Shown here in pieces: positions 24,856 through 39,322 of a stretch of 64,000 nucleotides of DNA. The DNA is taken from the NCBI RefSeq assembly GCF_006345805.1, contig NC_043006.1, positions 66,154,001-66,218,000 of the forward strand, in the 5' to 3' direction. Under the pieces are notes generated by a model that had not been told where the DNA came from, searched no databases, and saw nothing but the letters and a program-made list of their open reading frames with translations. Position numbers and translations under genes: made by a program. Source of the DNA: Octopus sinensis. Lineage: Eukaryota. Within the stretch, counting starts at the first letter, position 1. The number at the start of each line of letters is the position of its first letter.

Positions 24856-25765
24856 CATACACATTCACACAGGTGCATACACACACATCTTTGTGTTAGT
24901 GTGCGTGTGTATTTATACATGTATTTAAAGACGTAAATGTGTTTGTACATATGTAGTATTAAGTGTGTGAATGAAAATTAATTACAGATTTATTGATAAT
25001 ATTTGTTCACGCACACGCACACACACACACACACACACGAGACTCTTGCTGAGAAATGATTGCTTGAAATTTACTTCAAGTTCTCGACAAGATGGCAGAC
25101 ATAACTGAAACGTCGATTTCCGGCTCGGTATCCCTCGTCAATTTCCGCTGTTTAACCGAGAAAATAGCACAGGAAAAACCGTAACTGCATAGAAAATACT
25201 CTTAGCTTTCATAATCTGCTTCATGTAAAGATAATTATTAACGGTTGTCAAACTCGAACCAAATCATCATCATCATCATTACCATCATCTTCGTCATCTT
25301 CTTCTTTCGAGTTCCGTCTGACCCGCGCACCACCGCACCACGTATCGCCACAATCATAGTATTTATGTGGTATTACAATATTTGTATTGGTTCCATCGTT
25401 ATCTCATTCAAGGATAGTAATCTCCGGATGTCACTATTCCCCATAGTGATGCCGTCAGCGAAAGGGTTTATTTTCTCATCCACCCTTAAAGTGCATCTAG
25501 CACTGAAGAGATTTGTTCGAGTTTCTTAGTTGAATCTTAATCTCTTACTTTAAGAAATACCAGCAAGACACCGATATCAGGCGATTGACCCCAGGATACG
25601 TCTTGCACTTTAGTGTGCCTTTCTTTTGTCTATCACTTGTTTCGGTCGCTAGACTGCGGCCCCGCTGGGGCACCGACCTGAAGAACTTTTATTCGAATGA
25701 ATCGACCCGAGAACTCATGTTTTTTGGAAAGAGTGGTACTTATTCTATCGGTCTCTCTTACCGAA

Positions 25766-25865
25766 NNNNNNNNNNNNNNNNNNNNNNNNNNNNNNNNNNN
25801 NNNNNNNNNNNNNNNNNNNNNNNNNNNNNNNNNNNNNNNNNNNNNNNNNNNNNNNNNNNNNNNNN
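25766..25865. other. Assembly gap (100 N)
   Basis: Run of N; truncates a family A SINE on its left. Confidence 1.
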
Positions 25866-26058
25866 TTTTCTTTGTATCGTCTATCTGGATGTTTTGTTGT
25901 CCCTTTTTGTATCACCTAGCTGTCCGGATGTATTGCGTTCTTGTCCCATTTTGAATTATATATATAATAAATTAATAAAAACAGCTGTTTGCAACGTTAA
26001 ACCGTAAAGGAAAATTATAGTCGTCAACTAAATTTGACAAAGGGTGTGAATAATACCC

Positions 26059-26193
26059 GCATTGCTAGAAATAGGAGTTTAAATGCTCCTGTTGTTACAA
26101 AGTGCATAATATATACTTTCAACCCTTATCAGAGTATATGTTATATGTTTTGTAACAGCATTGGAGCATTTTAGCTCCTATTTCTTATAATGT
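26059..26193. repeat. Imperfect inverted repeat, about 135 bp
   Basis: AGAAATAGGAGTTTAAATGCTCC..TGTTACAAA versus TTTGTAACA..GGAGCATTTTAGCTCCTATTTCT. Confidence 0.75.
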
Positions 26194-26584
26194 AGGTCAA
26201 GTTTATATGTATGAGCGTGTGCGTGTGTGTTTACGTATGTGTGTTCAATTTTTTAATTATTATAAATCTTCCAATGAGGAGGGATGTACGTGGTGTATGT
26301 GTGTGCGTGTGCGTGTGTGCATGTAAGTGCGTGTGTGTGTGGGTATGTGCGAGTGCATGTATGTCCATATACTTCTGGTCAGTTAATAACAGCAAATAGA
26401 CCAACTTCACGTGGCCTTTTCCACCAGGATTGCCCTATTCAATTTTTTCCCTTCTTTCACCTCTTTCTTCTCAATTTTCACCCTGTACTCTCCTATGATT
26501 CTGCAAAATAACCGAAGTCCGAAGCGTTATAAGAATTATTTCTTTCCATTTCTCTGAGCATCAAGCTAATAATAGTGTTTTTTA

Positions 26585-26963
26585 CTCTAGGCAGAAGGCC
26601 CGAAATTTTGGGCCATTCGATTAGATCGACCCTAGTACGCAACTGATACTTAATTTATCGACCCCGAAAGGATGAAAGGTGAAGTCGACCTCGGCGGAAT
26701 TTTAACTCAGAACGTAAAGGAAGACGAAATACCTATTTCTTTACTGCCCACAAGGGGCTACACACAGAAGGGACAAACAAGGACAGACAAACAGATTAAG
26801 TCAATTATATGGACCCCGGTGCGGAACTGGTACTTATTTAATCGACCCCGAAAGGGATGAAAGGCAAAGTTGACCTCGGCGGAATTTGAACTCAGAACGT
26901 AACGGCAGACGAAATACGGCTAAGCATTTCGCCCGGCGTGCTAACGTTTCTGCCAGCTCGCCG
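26585..26963 (-). mobile_element. Dimeric Nin-SINE (full unit followed by head-less unit)
   Basis: Junction GACGAAATACC|TATTTCTTTA at about 26732 on the plus strand. Confidence 0.85.
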
Positions 26964-27107
26964 TTTCAAGCTAATAATATCACTTGTAAACTAATATTGT
27001 CTCGTCTTTTTTTTTTTATAGTTGTCTGTTTTATACCATACGTACGTAGAATAATACTACATATAGAAATTGCTAATTTACAGTTCCATTAAGGGTAGGA
27101 TCAGCAA

Positions 27108-27540
27108 AAGAAGCACGCCATCCACCGAGAGATAAATATCACTTAATGTAAACAATTACAAAACAGTTTCTAATAGTTTAATACCTTAATATAAATTATA
27201 TTGGGTCATTTATATAACATGGCATGCAATCCAAGCAGTCTTTCCGACTCAATGCATATCGTTACAGATATATGGCATGTTATATAAATCTACCATTTTA
27301 ATATGTCGTAAGGCACAAACTATTAACAGTTCTTTTATAATTGTGTATATCAAATGATATTTATCTCTCAGTGGATGGCGTGCTTCTTGGCTCTTAACGA
27401 CAATATAACCTTCATTTAACTAGGATATCTTCAGCCTAATGAGTAACTTAGTGGAGAACCCCTCATTGAGTAATTATAACGTTGAGTAATTGAAACATAT
27501 GTAGCCTGGATTTTACCCGCTCCACTCCTTCGATTTGGAT
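27108..27540 (+). repeat. About 280-bp fold-back (27108-27388) followed by a degenerate hammerhead-like motif (27431-27510); probable Penelope-like inverted pLTR
   Basis: Arms AAGAAGCACGCCATCCAC.GAGAGATAAATATCA and its reverse complement; TCAGC-CTAATGA...GAAAC-ATAT-GTA-GCCTGGA. Confidence 0.6.
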
Positions 27541-27567
27541 ATATATACATATTTATATATATATAAT

Positions 27568-27633
<66 letters not shown>

Positions 27634-27918
27634 CACACATACGTGCATATATGTATTACGCGCGCGTGATAATGTATATGTAAAAAGCTGGTGAATCACT
27701 CCGTTGCTTCTACGACCGAACGTCTGATCAGGAATGGTGTGGACTATTAGCTGTTGCCTTGACGGAGGGACAAACAGACAGTCAAATACATAGAGTGATA
27801 GACATATATATATATATATATATCTATATATATATATATATATAATATTAGGGAATATGATTCCAAACTTACAGGGAAAAATTCAATTTAGTGATATAAA
27901 ATCAAATTATATATATAT

Positions 27919-28210
27919 GTATATAAATTAGAGAAGAACCACCATGTAGCAATTCAACAATGATATAATTAAATCATACCATATAGAAATAAATAAATAA
28001 ATAATGCGATAAACCAATTACCTAAAAAATAAATAAATAGTATATAATTAGTAAATAGACATTTACTAATTATATACTATTTATTTATTATTTAGTACTG
28101 TATTTATCTTAGGTAATTATTTTATCGTATCTTGACTTTTTTCAATATGGTATGATTTAAGTATATCATTGTTGAATGCCTTAATGGTGGTTCTTCTCTA
28201 ATTTATATAC
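27919..28210. repeat. About 290-bp fold-back element inserted in (TA)n
   Basis: GTATATAAATTAGAGAAGAACCACCAT / ATGGTGGTTCTTCTCTAATTTATATAC ends; perfect central hairpin of about 29 bp around AGAC (28028-28089). Confidence 0.88.
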
Positions 28211-28298
28211 ATACATACATACTACATACATACATACATACATACATACATACATACATACCTACATACATACATACATACATACAGACATACATACA

Positions 28299-28405
<107 letters not shown>

Positions 28406-29176
28406 ATATAAGAATTAAAATGGAGGACAAGAGATGGAGCGAACCGACGAATCGAAAACGAACCCGACGCGAGGCGCTGTCAGACAATAATGTAATAATT
28501 AAAATATATGCATACATACAAACATATATGTACGTACCTACATCTACATGTATATATACATGCATATATAAATAAATATACATGAGTACAGGACACCACA
28601 ACAGGACGTAGAAACGGGAAAAACATAAAATTATAACACGAAAATAAGGAAAAGTCCCCGGTAATCAGCTGTCGGTAGTTAGACTCAAGCGTGTTTCGAA
28701 GGCGAGACAGGACACATCGTAAAACTAGGCCTTCCTGCGAGAGAATTAAAATAAAATTCCAAGCAGCCGGGTGAAAAACGGTTAAGAACACAACCAGGAC
28801 GTAATAATAAAACTGCACAGTAAAATACAAGTTAAATTACACGATAAAAATACATGTACAGAAAAACAAAAAAAAAAAAAAAAAAAAAAACACAAACGAG
28901 AAATAAAAAGAGAATACAATACGGGAAATCAAATAAAACAAGATAACGAACGAGAAAAAACAAACGAAAAGGCCTTTTTTGGCTAGACGGAAGATGTAGT
29001 GGCAGCGTATGGAAAGCGTATGAAAAGCATGACTTTTCAGTCCCAAAGGCAGCGTGCAAAAGAAAGAGATTATGGCTGGCGGTGAGGAAGAAGGAGGAGT
29101 GAGAGAGAGAGAGAGAGAAAAAGAGGGGGACACGCGGCTGAGAGAGAGAGGAGGGAGATATATTATATATATATAT

Positions 29177-29237
<61 letters not shown>

Positions 29238-29717
29238 GGGAGAGATAGATAGACAAACAGATAGATAGATAGTACGATACAGTGAGAGAGAGAGAGAAAG
29301 AGAGAAGGAGAGATAAGTAGATAGACGGAGACAAAGGACGAACTACAAATTAGAAGTAACAATTTTTTCTGCGGTTTTTGTACATATAAGTTTACGTTTG
29401 TGCGTGTGTGTGTGTCTTGACACTGTGAATATGTTACGTGTGTATGTGTGTGTGTGTTTCTTGTGTGCATCTATGTATGTGCCCAACTGTGCCTGTGCAT
29501 GTGTGTGTGTTAGTGTGTGTTAGTGTGTGTGTGCCCTTGCGTGCGTATGTGCGTGCGCATACGTTTCTGTTGGCCATCCTTATCTTCTAAAATGTCAAAT
29601 GTATGTGATACGAAATGATATATCATTTACATTGGTATATAAAAAATGTTATATGAAAAATGATATGAAGGGCAACGTATGTCAGGAGTATATTGGGTAC
29701 AGACGGCACCAACTTTA

Positions 29718-30700
<983 letters not shown>

Positions 30701-31106
30701 CCCTACCTCTTGCGTACCCACACACCGTTACTCATATACATGGTTACAACATTGATAGTCGTATGCAGGCTATAAAAGTGGATTCATGTAAGACATTAGC
30801 GGACGATTTATTCATTTTTTTCTCTACAATCGTCAAACCTGTCTACATAACAAACATATTGTCCAATATGGCTACTCTGTGAAATATTTGAATAATTTAT
30901 TTATTGTTTACGCAGGTCCAATAATTGTAGCATGTTTTCCTCAGATCCATTTAGGGTCTGTTTCATACACGAAACCATTGTGATTCACATATGAAACAAC
31001 TGCATTACACCCATAAAAACCTATATTTTTTGCTCTTCGTCTAAATTGTGTTTTCTACCTTCTTGTTCACTTAAGACAATGTCTTTGTGTGTATACTTAC
31101 ATACAA

Positions 31107-31430
31107 CTGGCACTCCGTCAGTTTAGCCGACGAGGGTTCCAGTTGATCCAATCAACGAAAGAGCGTGCTCGTGAAATTAACGTGCAAGAGACTGAGAACT
31201 CCACAGTCATGCGCACCCTTAACGTAATTCTCAGGCAAATTCAGTATGGCACGTCATGTGATAAGGCTGGCACCTTGAAATACAGGTACAACTGATTTTT
31301 GCTAGTTGAGTGAACTGGGACAACGTGAAAAAACGTGTCTTGTCATGGACACAACGCCGCGCCAGGAATCGAACTCATGACCTCACGAGCGTCAGCCGAA
31401 TGCCCTGATCACTAAGCCACGCACCTTCAC
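31107..31430 (-). mobile_element. SINE family B, degenerate
   Basis: GGCACTCCGTC...GAGGGTTCCAGTTGATCC...GGAATCGAACTC...CACTAAGCCACGC. Confidence 0.8.
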
Positions 31431-32087
31431 TATGCAAACATGCTTACACGTACACGCACACCTGTATTCTGTATATGCAACCGAGGTAATATTTAATGTA
31501 TATACAGAGTCGATGGGCCAGATTCTAGCGTATTTATCGTAAGGTAACATCTCTTATGGATTTGATGAGTTAAAAGCACAATAAATATAAGAGAGACATA
31601 GAAAATCATCCCAGCAGCGGACAGAGAGAACGCTAAATACATGTTGGCTTGAGCGTTTTCAATTGCGCATACTCGTAGCTAATCTCACTCATTGACTCAT
31701 AAAGAAATACTTAATAAATCGTTCACTGATGTCGCGAAAAGCCGCTTGGCTGATTAAAAATTCGGTATACATAACTGAGACAGTATGAAATTAAAATAGT
31801 CACCTATGTATCATACCTAATGTATATAGACTGTCGATAGAGCAGTAAATGCGGTATTTGTCGTGAGATAACAGTACTTAGGGGTAGGAGTACTGTGTTA
31901 GAAACACTATAAATATTGTGTGGGGGGAATTCATTCCAGCAGAGGTTAGTGAGAACGTCAGAAACATTTCAGATTTGTTGGACCTCTTCCATGGCGCGTC
32001 CTCGCAAACACGTCGCAGTGACAACGAATTCTCGATTGAGCATGTGGATTATGTTGGATTATATTGGATTATATTGGATTTAAATTT

Positions 32088-32287
32088 TGGCACAAGGCCA
32101 GTAATTTCGGGGCAAGAGATAAGTCTATTATATCGGCCAAAGTGCTCAACTGGTACTTAATTTATCGACCGTGAAAGGATGAAAGACTGAGTCGACCTCG
32201 GCAGAATTTGAACTCAGAACGTAAAGACGGACGAAATACATCTAATCATTTTGTCCGGCATGCTAACGATTCTGCCAGCTCACCGCT
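32088..32287 (-). mobile_element. Nin-SINE, full length
   Basis: CTGGTACTTAATTTATCGACC..GAAAGGATGAAAG...ATTTGAACTC...CTGCCAGCTC. Confidence 0.85.
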
Positions 32288-32807
32288 GGGCATGTGGATT
32301 ATATTGGCTGCAGTTTATGACTTCTTTATATTTTATCGATCACAGAAGAAATAAAAGGTAAATTAGACCAACATAGAGGCACGAATCCCTAAAATTGAGA
32401 TGGTACACGACTAGCATTGTATGACATTTTGTGCACAGTACTAACAACCCCGCTTCATGCACTCCGCTTCTTCTTCACAAATTATTGATATCTAATACAG
32501 ATTTCAATCGTTGGAGCGGGTCTAATGAAATACATAGACTTCAGTCACGTGACAACCGCTCAGACGAAACAACGAGAGATCCTCTGCGTGATCATTCGAC
32601 GTGCTAGAAACAACAAACAAGTCTATCTCAAATTACATTCTACTATCTTAAGAAAAATGACCACGTTACGTAAAGTAGCTCTGGGTGCCCTGCATTTATG
32701 AAACAGGCGGGTCCGGTCACTGCTGAAATTACTGTGACCAATCCATTTCGATAACTTAGTGTCAGATATGACAAAATAATGGTCTTCCATCACGAACGAG
32801 ACGACTA

Positions 32808-33158
32808 GGTACGGCTGTTTGGACGCTGGTGATTTTAGCGCAGCTGACTGGACATTGAGTCTGTTTTGACCACAATATGTTTTGATGCACGCACGTGCAG
32901 AAATATACATAGATAGAAAGAGCATGACAGAGAGGGACAGAGAGAAACATTAGAATTTATTAAATTAATAAGACTGACATAAACACATCCTCATACGCAT
33001 AGAGAGATATGCTCTCACACACGAACAGAGAGGAGAAGTGAGAGGGGTGAAGAAAAGAACAAGAGAAACGGTAAAACGTCGAATGTCAAATAAGTCAGTG
33101 TCGAATCAGAGACGCCAAATAGGCGGCGCCAAAACGGCTGTGTCCAAACGTCTCATAC
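32808..33158. mobile_element. Putative MITE with degenerate TIRs
   Basis: Left GTACGGCTGTTTGGACGC..TTTTAGCGC versus reverse complement of right end GTATGAGACGTTTGGACACAGCCGTTTTGGCGCC. Confidence 0.45.
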
Positions 33159-33558
33159 GCATTACGTCGCGTTTGGAACACCCTTGAACATGAATCTGTT
33201 CAAAAGGGGTTGAACTGCGGCTACAAGTAGTATTGTCGCATGCTTTTATTGATTCCAGTAAGGAGGAAACATGAAATGAAGTAACTCTGGCGCGATTTGA
33301 ACTGAATGATATCAAAAAGGGAGATATTATAATATTGAAAACGATTTTTCGACTAGATTTTAAAAGGCAAGGGGAAACATGCACACAGGCACACGCATAG
33401 ACACACACAGAGTCACATACACACCATATTAAAGCCATTTCCACTATTGATCAGCCACGTGTTTGGAAATCCTTAAAAAATTTTTTTAAATGCAATATAA
33501 AAAAAAATATAAGGCGAGGAATACAAATTCCATTCCTCAAAGGTTATTTATAGGAAGC

Positions 33559-33611
<53 letters not shown>

Positions 33612-33746
33612 CAACAACAACAACAATAATAAAATGATGATAATAACAATAACAGCAGCAGCTGCAGCAGCTACAAGGACAACAACAGCAACAACAGCAA
33701 AAACAAAAACAGCTACAAAACAACAACAACAACAACAACAACAATA

Positions 33747-33781
<35 letters not shown>

Positions 33782-34113
33782 AATACCATTTTGTCTATTC
33801 AACAAGACAAACAGTATGCTTGTGTTGTGTTATTTCAAACATGGAGTCTTTGTTAGGTATTTCTAAAACCTCTGTTTGTGTTTTGTGTATGTTTGCGAGT
33901 GTGGTTTTTTTCTTCCAATATGCATTCAACAAATTGCATTCCAAACATTGCAATTCATTTCAGCATACCTTCATTCTGCGTCTGTACGTCTATGTATGGC
34001 TGTGCATGCGTGTATGACTGAACGTATATGCGTGTGTGTGTATGTATATAAATGTATATGCATAATATATATGAATGTTTTGTTACATGCATAAGCAGCG
34101 TATATTATATATA

Positions 34114-34530
34114 CAGGGTGGGTGAACAGAAAGTAGGCATTAAAAATTGGTAATAAAATCTATATTTCGTTTTTACAAATTCATTGAAACAAATGATCCA
34201 TGTTCTTTATTACATGGGGAAAAGAAAGTAAATCTTCCTATTTCGACGTAGGGCACCAATGGCGTCAACCAGTTTCCTCAAACGGTCAAGGATGGAATGA
34301 ACAACCTCCTGAAGGACGTCGTCTGCGATATCGCAGAGAATCTCCTGAATCCGTGTCTCCAAGTCCTCAGGTGTGCCAGGTTTTGTCTTGTACTCTTCCT
34401 CTTTTGTGTAACCCCACGAGTGAGATCTGGACTTCATGAAGTTCTGAACTTCTGCGGTCACAGTCTTCAGGTTTTAGCTCCTGCACATAATAGGGTTTTC
34501 GCGGACGAAAATTCTTTATGTAACGCCGTA
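34114..34530 (-). mobile_element. Tc1/mariner-superfamily transposase remnant, internally deleted
   Basis: TA-CAGGGTG terminus; WGYTKEEEYKTKPGTPEDLETRIQE...RLRKLVDAIG C-terminus and KPYYVQELKPEDCDRR N-terminal piece. Confidence 0.75.
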
Positions 34531-34589
<59 letters not shown>

Positions 34590-35657
34590 TACACATACAA
34601 ACATATATATATATATAGTAACATATATACAAATATACATACATATACACACATATGTATATATGTATGTACGCATGTATATATATGATGTGGGTATCTG
34701 TGTGACGATTCAATGCTCGACATGACATTCTTCTATATAATACGCTTTTGTTTCATTTCTACAAGGAACAACAAACAAGGCCATCTGACTGCAGTATATA
34801 CTATAAAACACACACACACACACACACAAATAAGCATACGAACACACATATACAGACATAATTTATGTTAAATAGGTTTAATATATAATTGATAAGCCTC
34901 CGCACAGAAGCGTGTATATTCATACAAGCGTGTATGCGTGCGTGTGTGTGTGTGTATGTGTGTATGTGTGTGTGTGCGTGTGCATGTCTGTGCGCGTGTG
35001 TTTTTGTGCATATCAGGGTGTGTGGGTGTGGAGAGGAGCGATGTGAATATTGTTTTGTTTTAGATACTTTAATTTTGTCAGTGAAATAGTTTCGCGCCGA
35101 TCACACAAGATCTTATATATGCTTGGTTCTCTCGGCACGTATGTATGTATGCATGCATGTATGTATATGTATGTATGTATGCATGTATGTATGTATGTGT
35201 GTATGCATACCTATGTATGCATGCATGCATATGTATGTATGTGTGTGTATGTATCTATGATGCACATGTGTGTATGTATGTGTATGTATGTATATATATA
35301 TGCATGCATATGTGTGTATGTATGTGTGTGCATGCATGTTTGTATGTATGTATGTATGTATGTATAACTTATGCATGTTTGAATGCATATATATATGTGT
35401 GTGCATATGTATGTATATGTTTATTATGTAAGTATATATGAGTGTATAGTTTCATATTTATGGAGATATGTGTGTCTGTATGTATGCATATATATATATG
35501 CCTGTCTATATACACGCCAGTGTGTATTTAATATGCATGCTACCATGTATGCATGCATACATATTTTTTTTTGTATGTATGTATGCATGCATGTGTATAT
35601 ATATGTATGCATGTATGCATGCATACATGCGTATATATATGTATGTATGTATATATG

Positions 35658-35691
<34 letters not shown>

Positions 35692-37853
35692 TGTATGTAT
35701 GTATGTATGTATGTATGTATGCATGCATGCGTATATATATATATATGTATGAATGTAAGTATGTATGTATGCATGTGTGTTCTATTTCAAATTATCTGAA
35801 ATCTTCTTGTACGGATGGTGCAAGATTCAAAGCTACAAAGCTCCACCCTTAGAATATAGATAGCAAAAGCAAGTACACCTTTTAAACTTCAGTAATGTCT
35901 TGCACATTTTTACTCTTCCCCTTGCAGAATGTATTCGTATTGTGCAAGTAATTGATTGATTTCTTTTTTATGTTTTGTTTTCTTTGAGATCTATTCCAAT
36001 TCTTCTTCATGCCAGCTACAAAAGACAAGACCTTTTAAGTTAAGATAGTTTCCAGGGTTTGTAAATATTTGCTATTGCTGTTGTTTAACCCCTAGCATAC
36101 TTTCTCCCGGGAGATGAATGACAACAGAAACACCAGCTGTGACTCGTCTTCTCTTTTTACAAGACGTAATGTGTCTTCTAGCTTTGAATCTTCCCCGGGT
36201 TATTTCACCTTTGTGTTTCCCACTAAGGAGGGTTAAAGAACCAGAAACATGTAACTGGGAATACATTGGAGGAAAGCACCGAGCAGATATTGTGCTTTTA
36301 CACCTTTTACCATATGAGAGAATTTTTTGTCGCCACGTTAACTGCAGTGGATTTGCCTTTAGCAGTTGAAATATGTCACAAACATATTTCAAAGAACCTA
36401 AATTTTGCTTCTGCCTAAACAGTACCTGGTGCTGATACTGCTATTGTTATTCCAACGAAGCGATCCACTGGCGCAACTCAGTTACTGATGTTGAATTTTT
36501 TTCAGTTGAAGCTAGGGCTTTGAAGCTGCTCCGAGTTATCTCTCTTCTGTGTTTTCCATTGAGGAAGGTTAAAGAGCCAGAAATGCGCATCTGGTAATCT
36601 GCTGAAGGCAAGCACTGGGCAAATATGGTAGTTTCACACATTTTAGCATATGAGATAATCTTTTCTGCTACGGTAGCTGCTGTGAATTTGCCTTTAGAAG
36701 TTAAAATATGTCATAAACATATTTTAACTAACCTAAATTTAGATGGACTAATGTGTTCTTCATGAGAGAAAGCAAGCAAGGTCTGGAGGGAGACTTAACG
36801 GTTATTTCTCCTTACTCGGCTCATGTTGTACCATTTTGATGTGAGAATATCAGAGTCGCTGAATCAATGATGTTTCAACCCAAGTAGTGAGGTAAATGGG
36901 TTGACTGACTGCCATTTCTAGCAGGCTGAACAACTATGTAGGGACCTCCCTTAACAGGTGGTGGTGGTGGTGGTGGACAGCTGACGACAAGACCCTAAAC
37001 TAACAAAAATAAACTAAAGCTAAGATTGGTTTGATGAAAACAAAGAGGACGCCATCAAGCTTCTGTGTGACAAGTGCAAGGCTTTCATTGAATGACAGAA
37101 TGACATGTTGTCGAGCGGAAACAAGGGGATCGCTTTTAACACTTCCAGGTAGAGTAGAAAGGGAGAGGGGGGGAAGAGAGAGAGAGAGAGAGAGAGAGAA
37201 GGGAGGAGAGATAGAGAGAGAGAGAGAGAGGAGGAGAGAGAGACAGAAACAATAACAGAGAAGAGGTTGGAGAGACAGACAGACACACACACTACACACA
37301 CATATATACATATATATATATTAAATTTAATTTTACTATATATATATATATATATATCTATATATAATATATATATAATATATATATATATATACAATAT
37401 ATGGAGAGAAAGAGGGAGAGAAAGAGGGAGAGAAAGAGAGAGAAATTTAACACTTCCAGGTAGAGTAGATAGGGAGAGGGGAGGAAGAGAGAGAGAGAAA
37501 AAAAAGGAGAGAGATAGAGAGAGGGGAGGAGATAGAGAGAAGGGAGGAGAGTGAGACAGACAGACTATAACAGAGAAAAAGATTGAGAGACAGACACGGA
37601 TAGAGAGAGAGAGAGAGAGAGAGAAAGAGAAAGAGAGAGAGAAAGAGAAAGTGAGGAAAACAGGTTGTCGTAATATGAAGAGAGAATGGGGGGGGAGTTA
37701 CATATATACCGAGAGAAAGAGAGAGAAAAGAGAGAAGAGAGAAAACGAAAAGAGATAGAGAGAAAGAAGGAGAGTTTGACATAATACGAAGAGACAGAGA
37801 GGGAGGGAAAGTTACGCATAATACATATATACACAGAGAAGGAGACTGGGTAT

Positions 37854-37905
<52 letters not shown>

Positions 37906-38293
37906 AAAGAGAGAGAGAGAGAGAAAGAAAGAAAGAAAGAAGGAAAGAAAGAAAGAAAGAAAGAAAGGGAGAGAGAGAAGGAAAGAAAGAAAGTAAAAAG
38001 AAAGAGAGAGACAGAGAGAGACAGAGAGACAGACAGACAGACAGGGCAAGGACATTAGATATGATACCAGAAAGCTGATGGACATGGATAATGAGCAATG
38101 CGCAGGCGGAGAGAAGTCACCGACTAGAAATAGCAGTCAAAGCGACTCTTTTTATAGGCTACAAAAAGAATATTCTAGAAGATTAAATCACGTGACAGCT
38201 TCATGCTGATTGATTGCTTAACAGATTGGTCACGTGAAACTACTGCGGTTCGGTCGTATAAGTCCATTCTGCGCCATTACATACACACATACA

Positions 38294-38690
38294 TTAAGAG
38301 TTTTCTCAAGTTCCAAATGTGAATTTGTGTTAACTACATCCCAAAGATAGAGCCTTGTATCTTTGTTGGAAACAGGCTTCCCTCTTCAGTGGAAGATTTA
38401 TAATAATTAAACAATAGAAAATACATACATACATACGTAGATTTTGTTAGTAAATGCTTAAAGGAGATTCTGGATAAACTGGGATTTTCAGAAAGAGAAA
38501 CTGACCGGCTGATTCGTACACTACAAGTCCAATCTGTGAGTGGAACAGTAAAATTATGCAAAACTTTTCTCAAATTCCAAATGTGAATTTGTCTGTGTTA
38601 ACTACATCCCCAAAATGGAGCCTTGTATCTTTGTTGGGAAATCGGCCCCCTCCTCAGTGGAAGATTGATCATAATTGAAAAATAGAAGAG
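38294..38690 (+). mobile_element. Two tandem 3' ends of an R4/Dong-like (RLE-type) non-LTR retrotransposon, each ending in (TACA)n
   Basis: 38437-38586 translates VDFVSKCLKEILDKLGFSERETDRLIRTLQVQSVSGTVKLCKTFLKFQM*, resembling R4-clade C-termini; a homologous 3' UTR of about 105 nt occurs twice. Confidence 0.7.
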
Positions 38691-39322
38691 ACATACATAC
38701 ATACATACAAGAGGTTGTCTCCCTTGTCAGTACATAGAACCGTGCTTTGTTCGTGGCTAAAGAGACTTTGACTCTTGTTTCAGGCAATGTTGGCGCTGCC
38801 CTACACCAGTCGTCATTTTTAGTGACCGCGACTTTTTTTCCTTTATCGTTTTAAATTGCGTCTAGCCACGTAAATTATTTTATAATTTTCACTTTACCAT
38901 TGATTCATATGGTAAATTCTATAAATACCGACAAGGAGGATTTCAGCTTCACCACCAGCAATGGCGTAGCGTCATCGATGAGTATTAATTTCATGCAAAA
39001 CTGTCGTGCCAGTTTGAAGCTTTCGCTTGCTGTGGGGAGGTTGTCACGTTTGTCAATACATAGGACCGTGCTTTGTTCGTTTCTAGAGTCTTTGACTCTT
39101 CCTTCTAGCAACTCTGGTCCTGTCCTACACCCTTGGTGATTTTTTTTCCTTTTCGCTTTTAAACTGAGTTTAGCCACCTTGATTATATATATATATATAT
39201 ATGTATACATAGTTAATCCAAACAAGAAAACACAGAAAAAAACACAGAAAAAAACACACAGCAACGCGAGGACGTGGAACAATTAAAGTATTATTTGACG
39301 CCCGGGAAAGAAGGGAAGGAGG

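Noticed and set aside
28685-28745. Hammerhead-like GAAGGC..GCCTTC-GAAAC on the minus strand
   Set aside because: No recognisable CUGANGA core; too degenerate to call.
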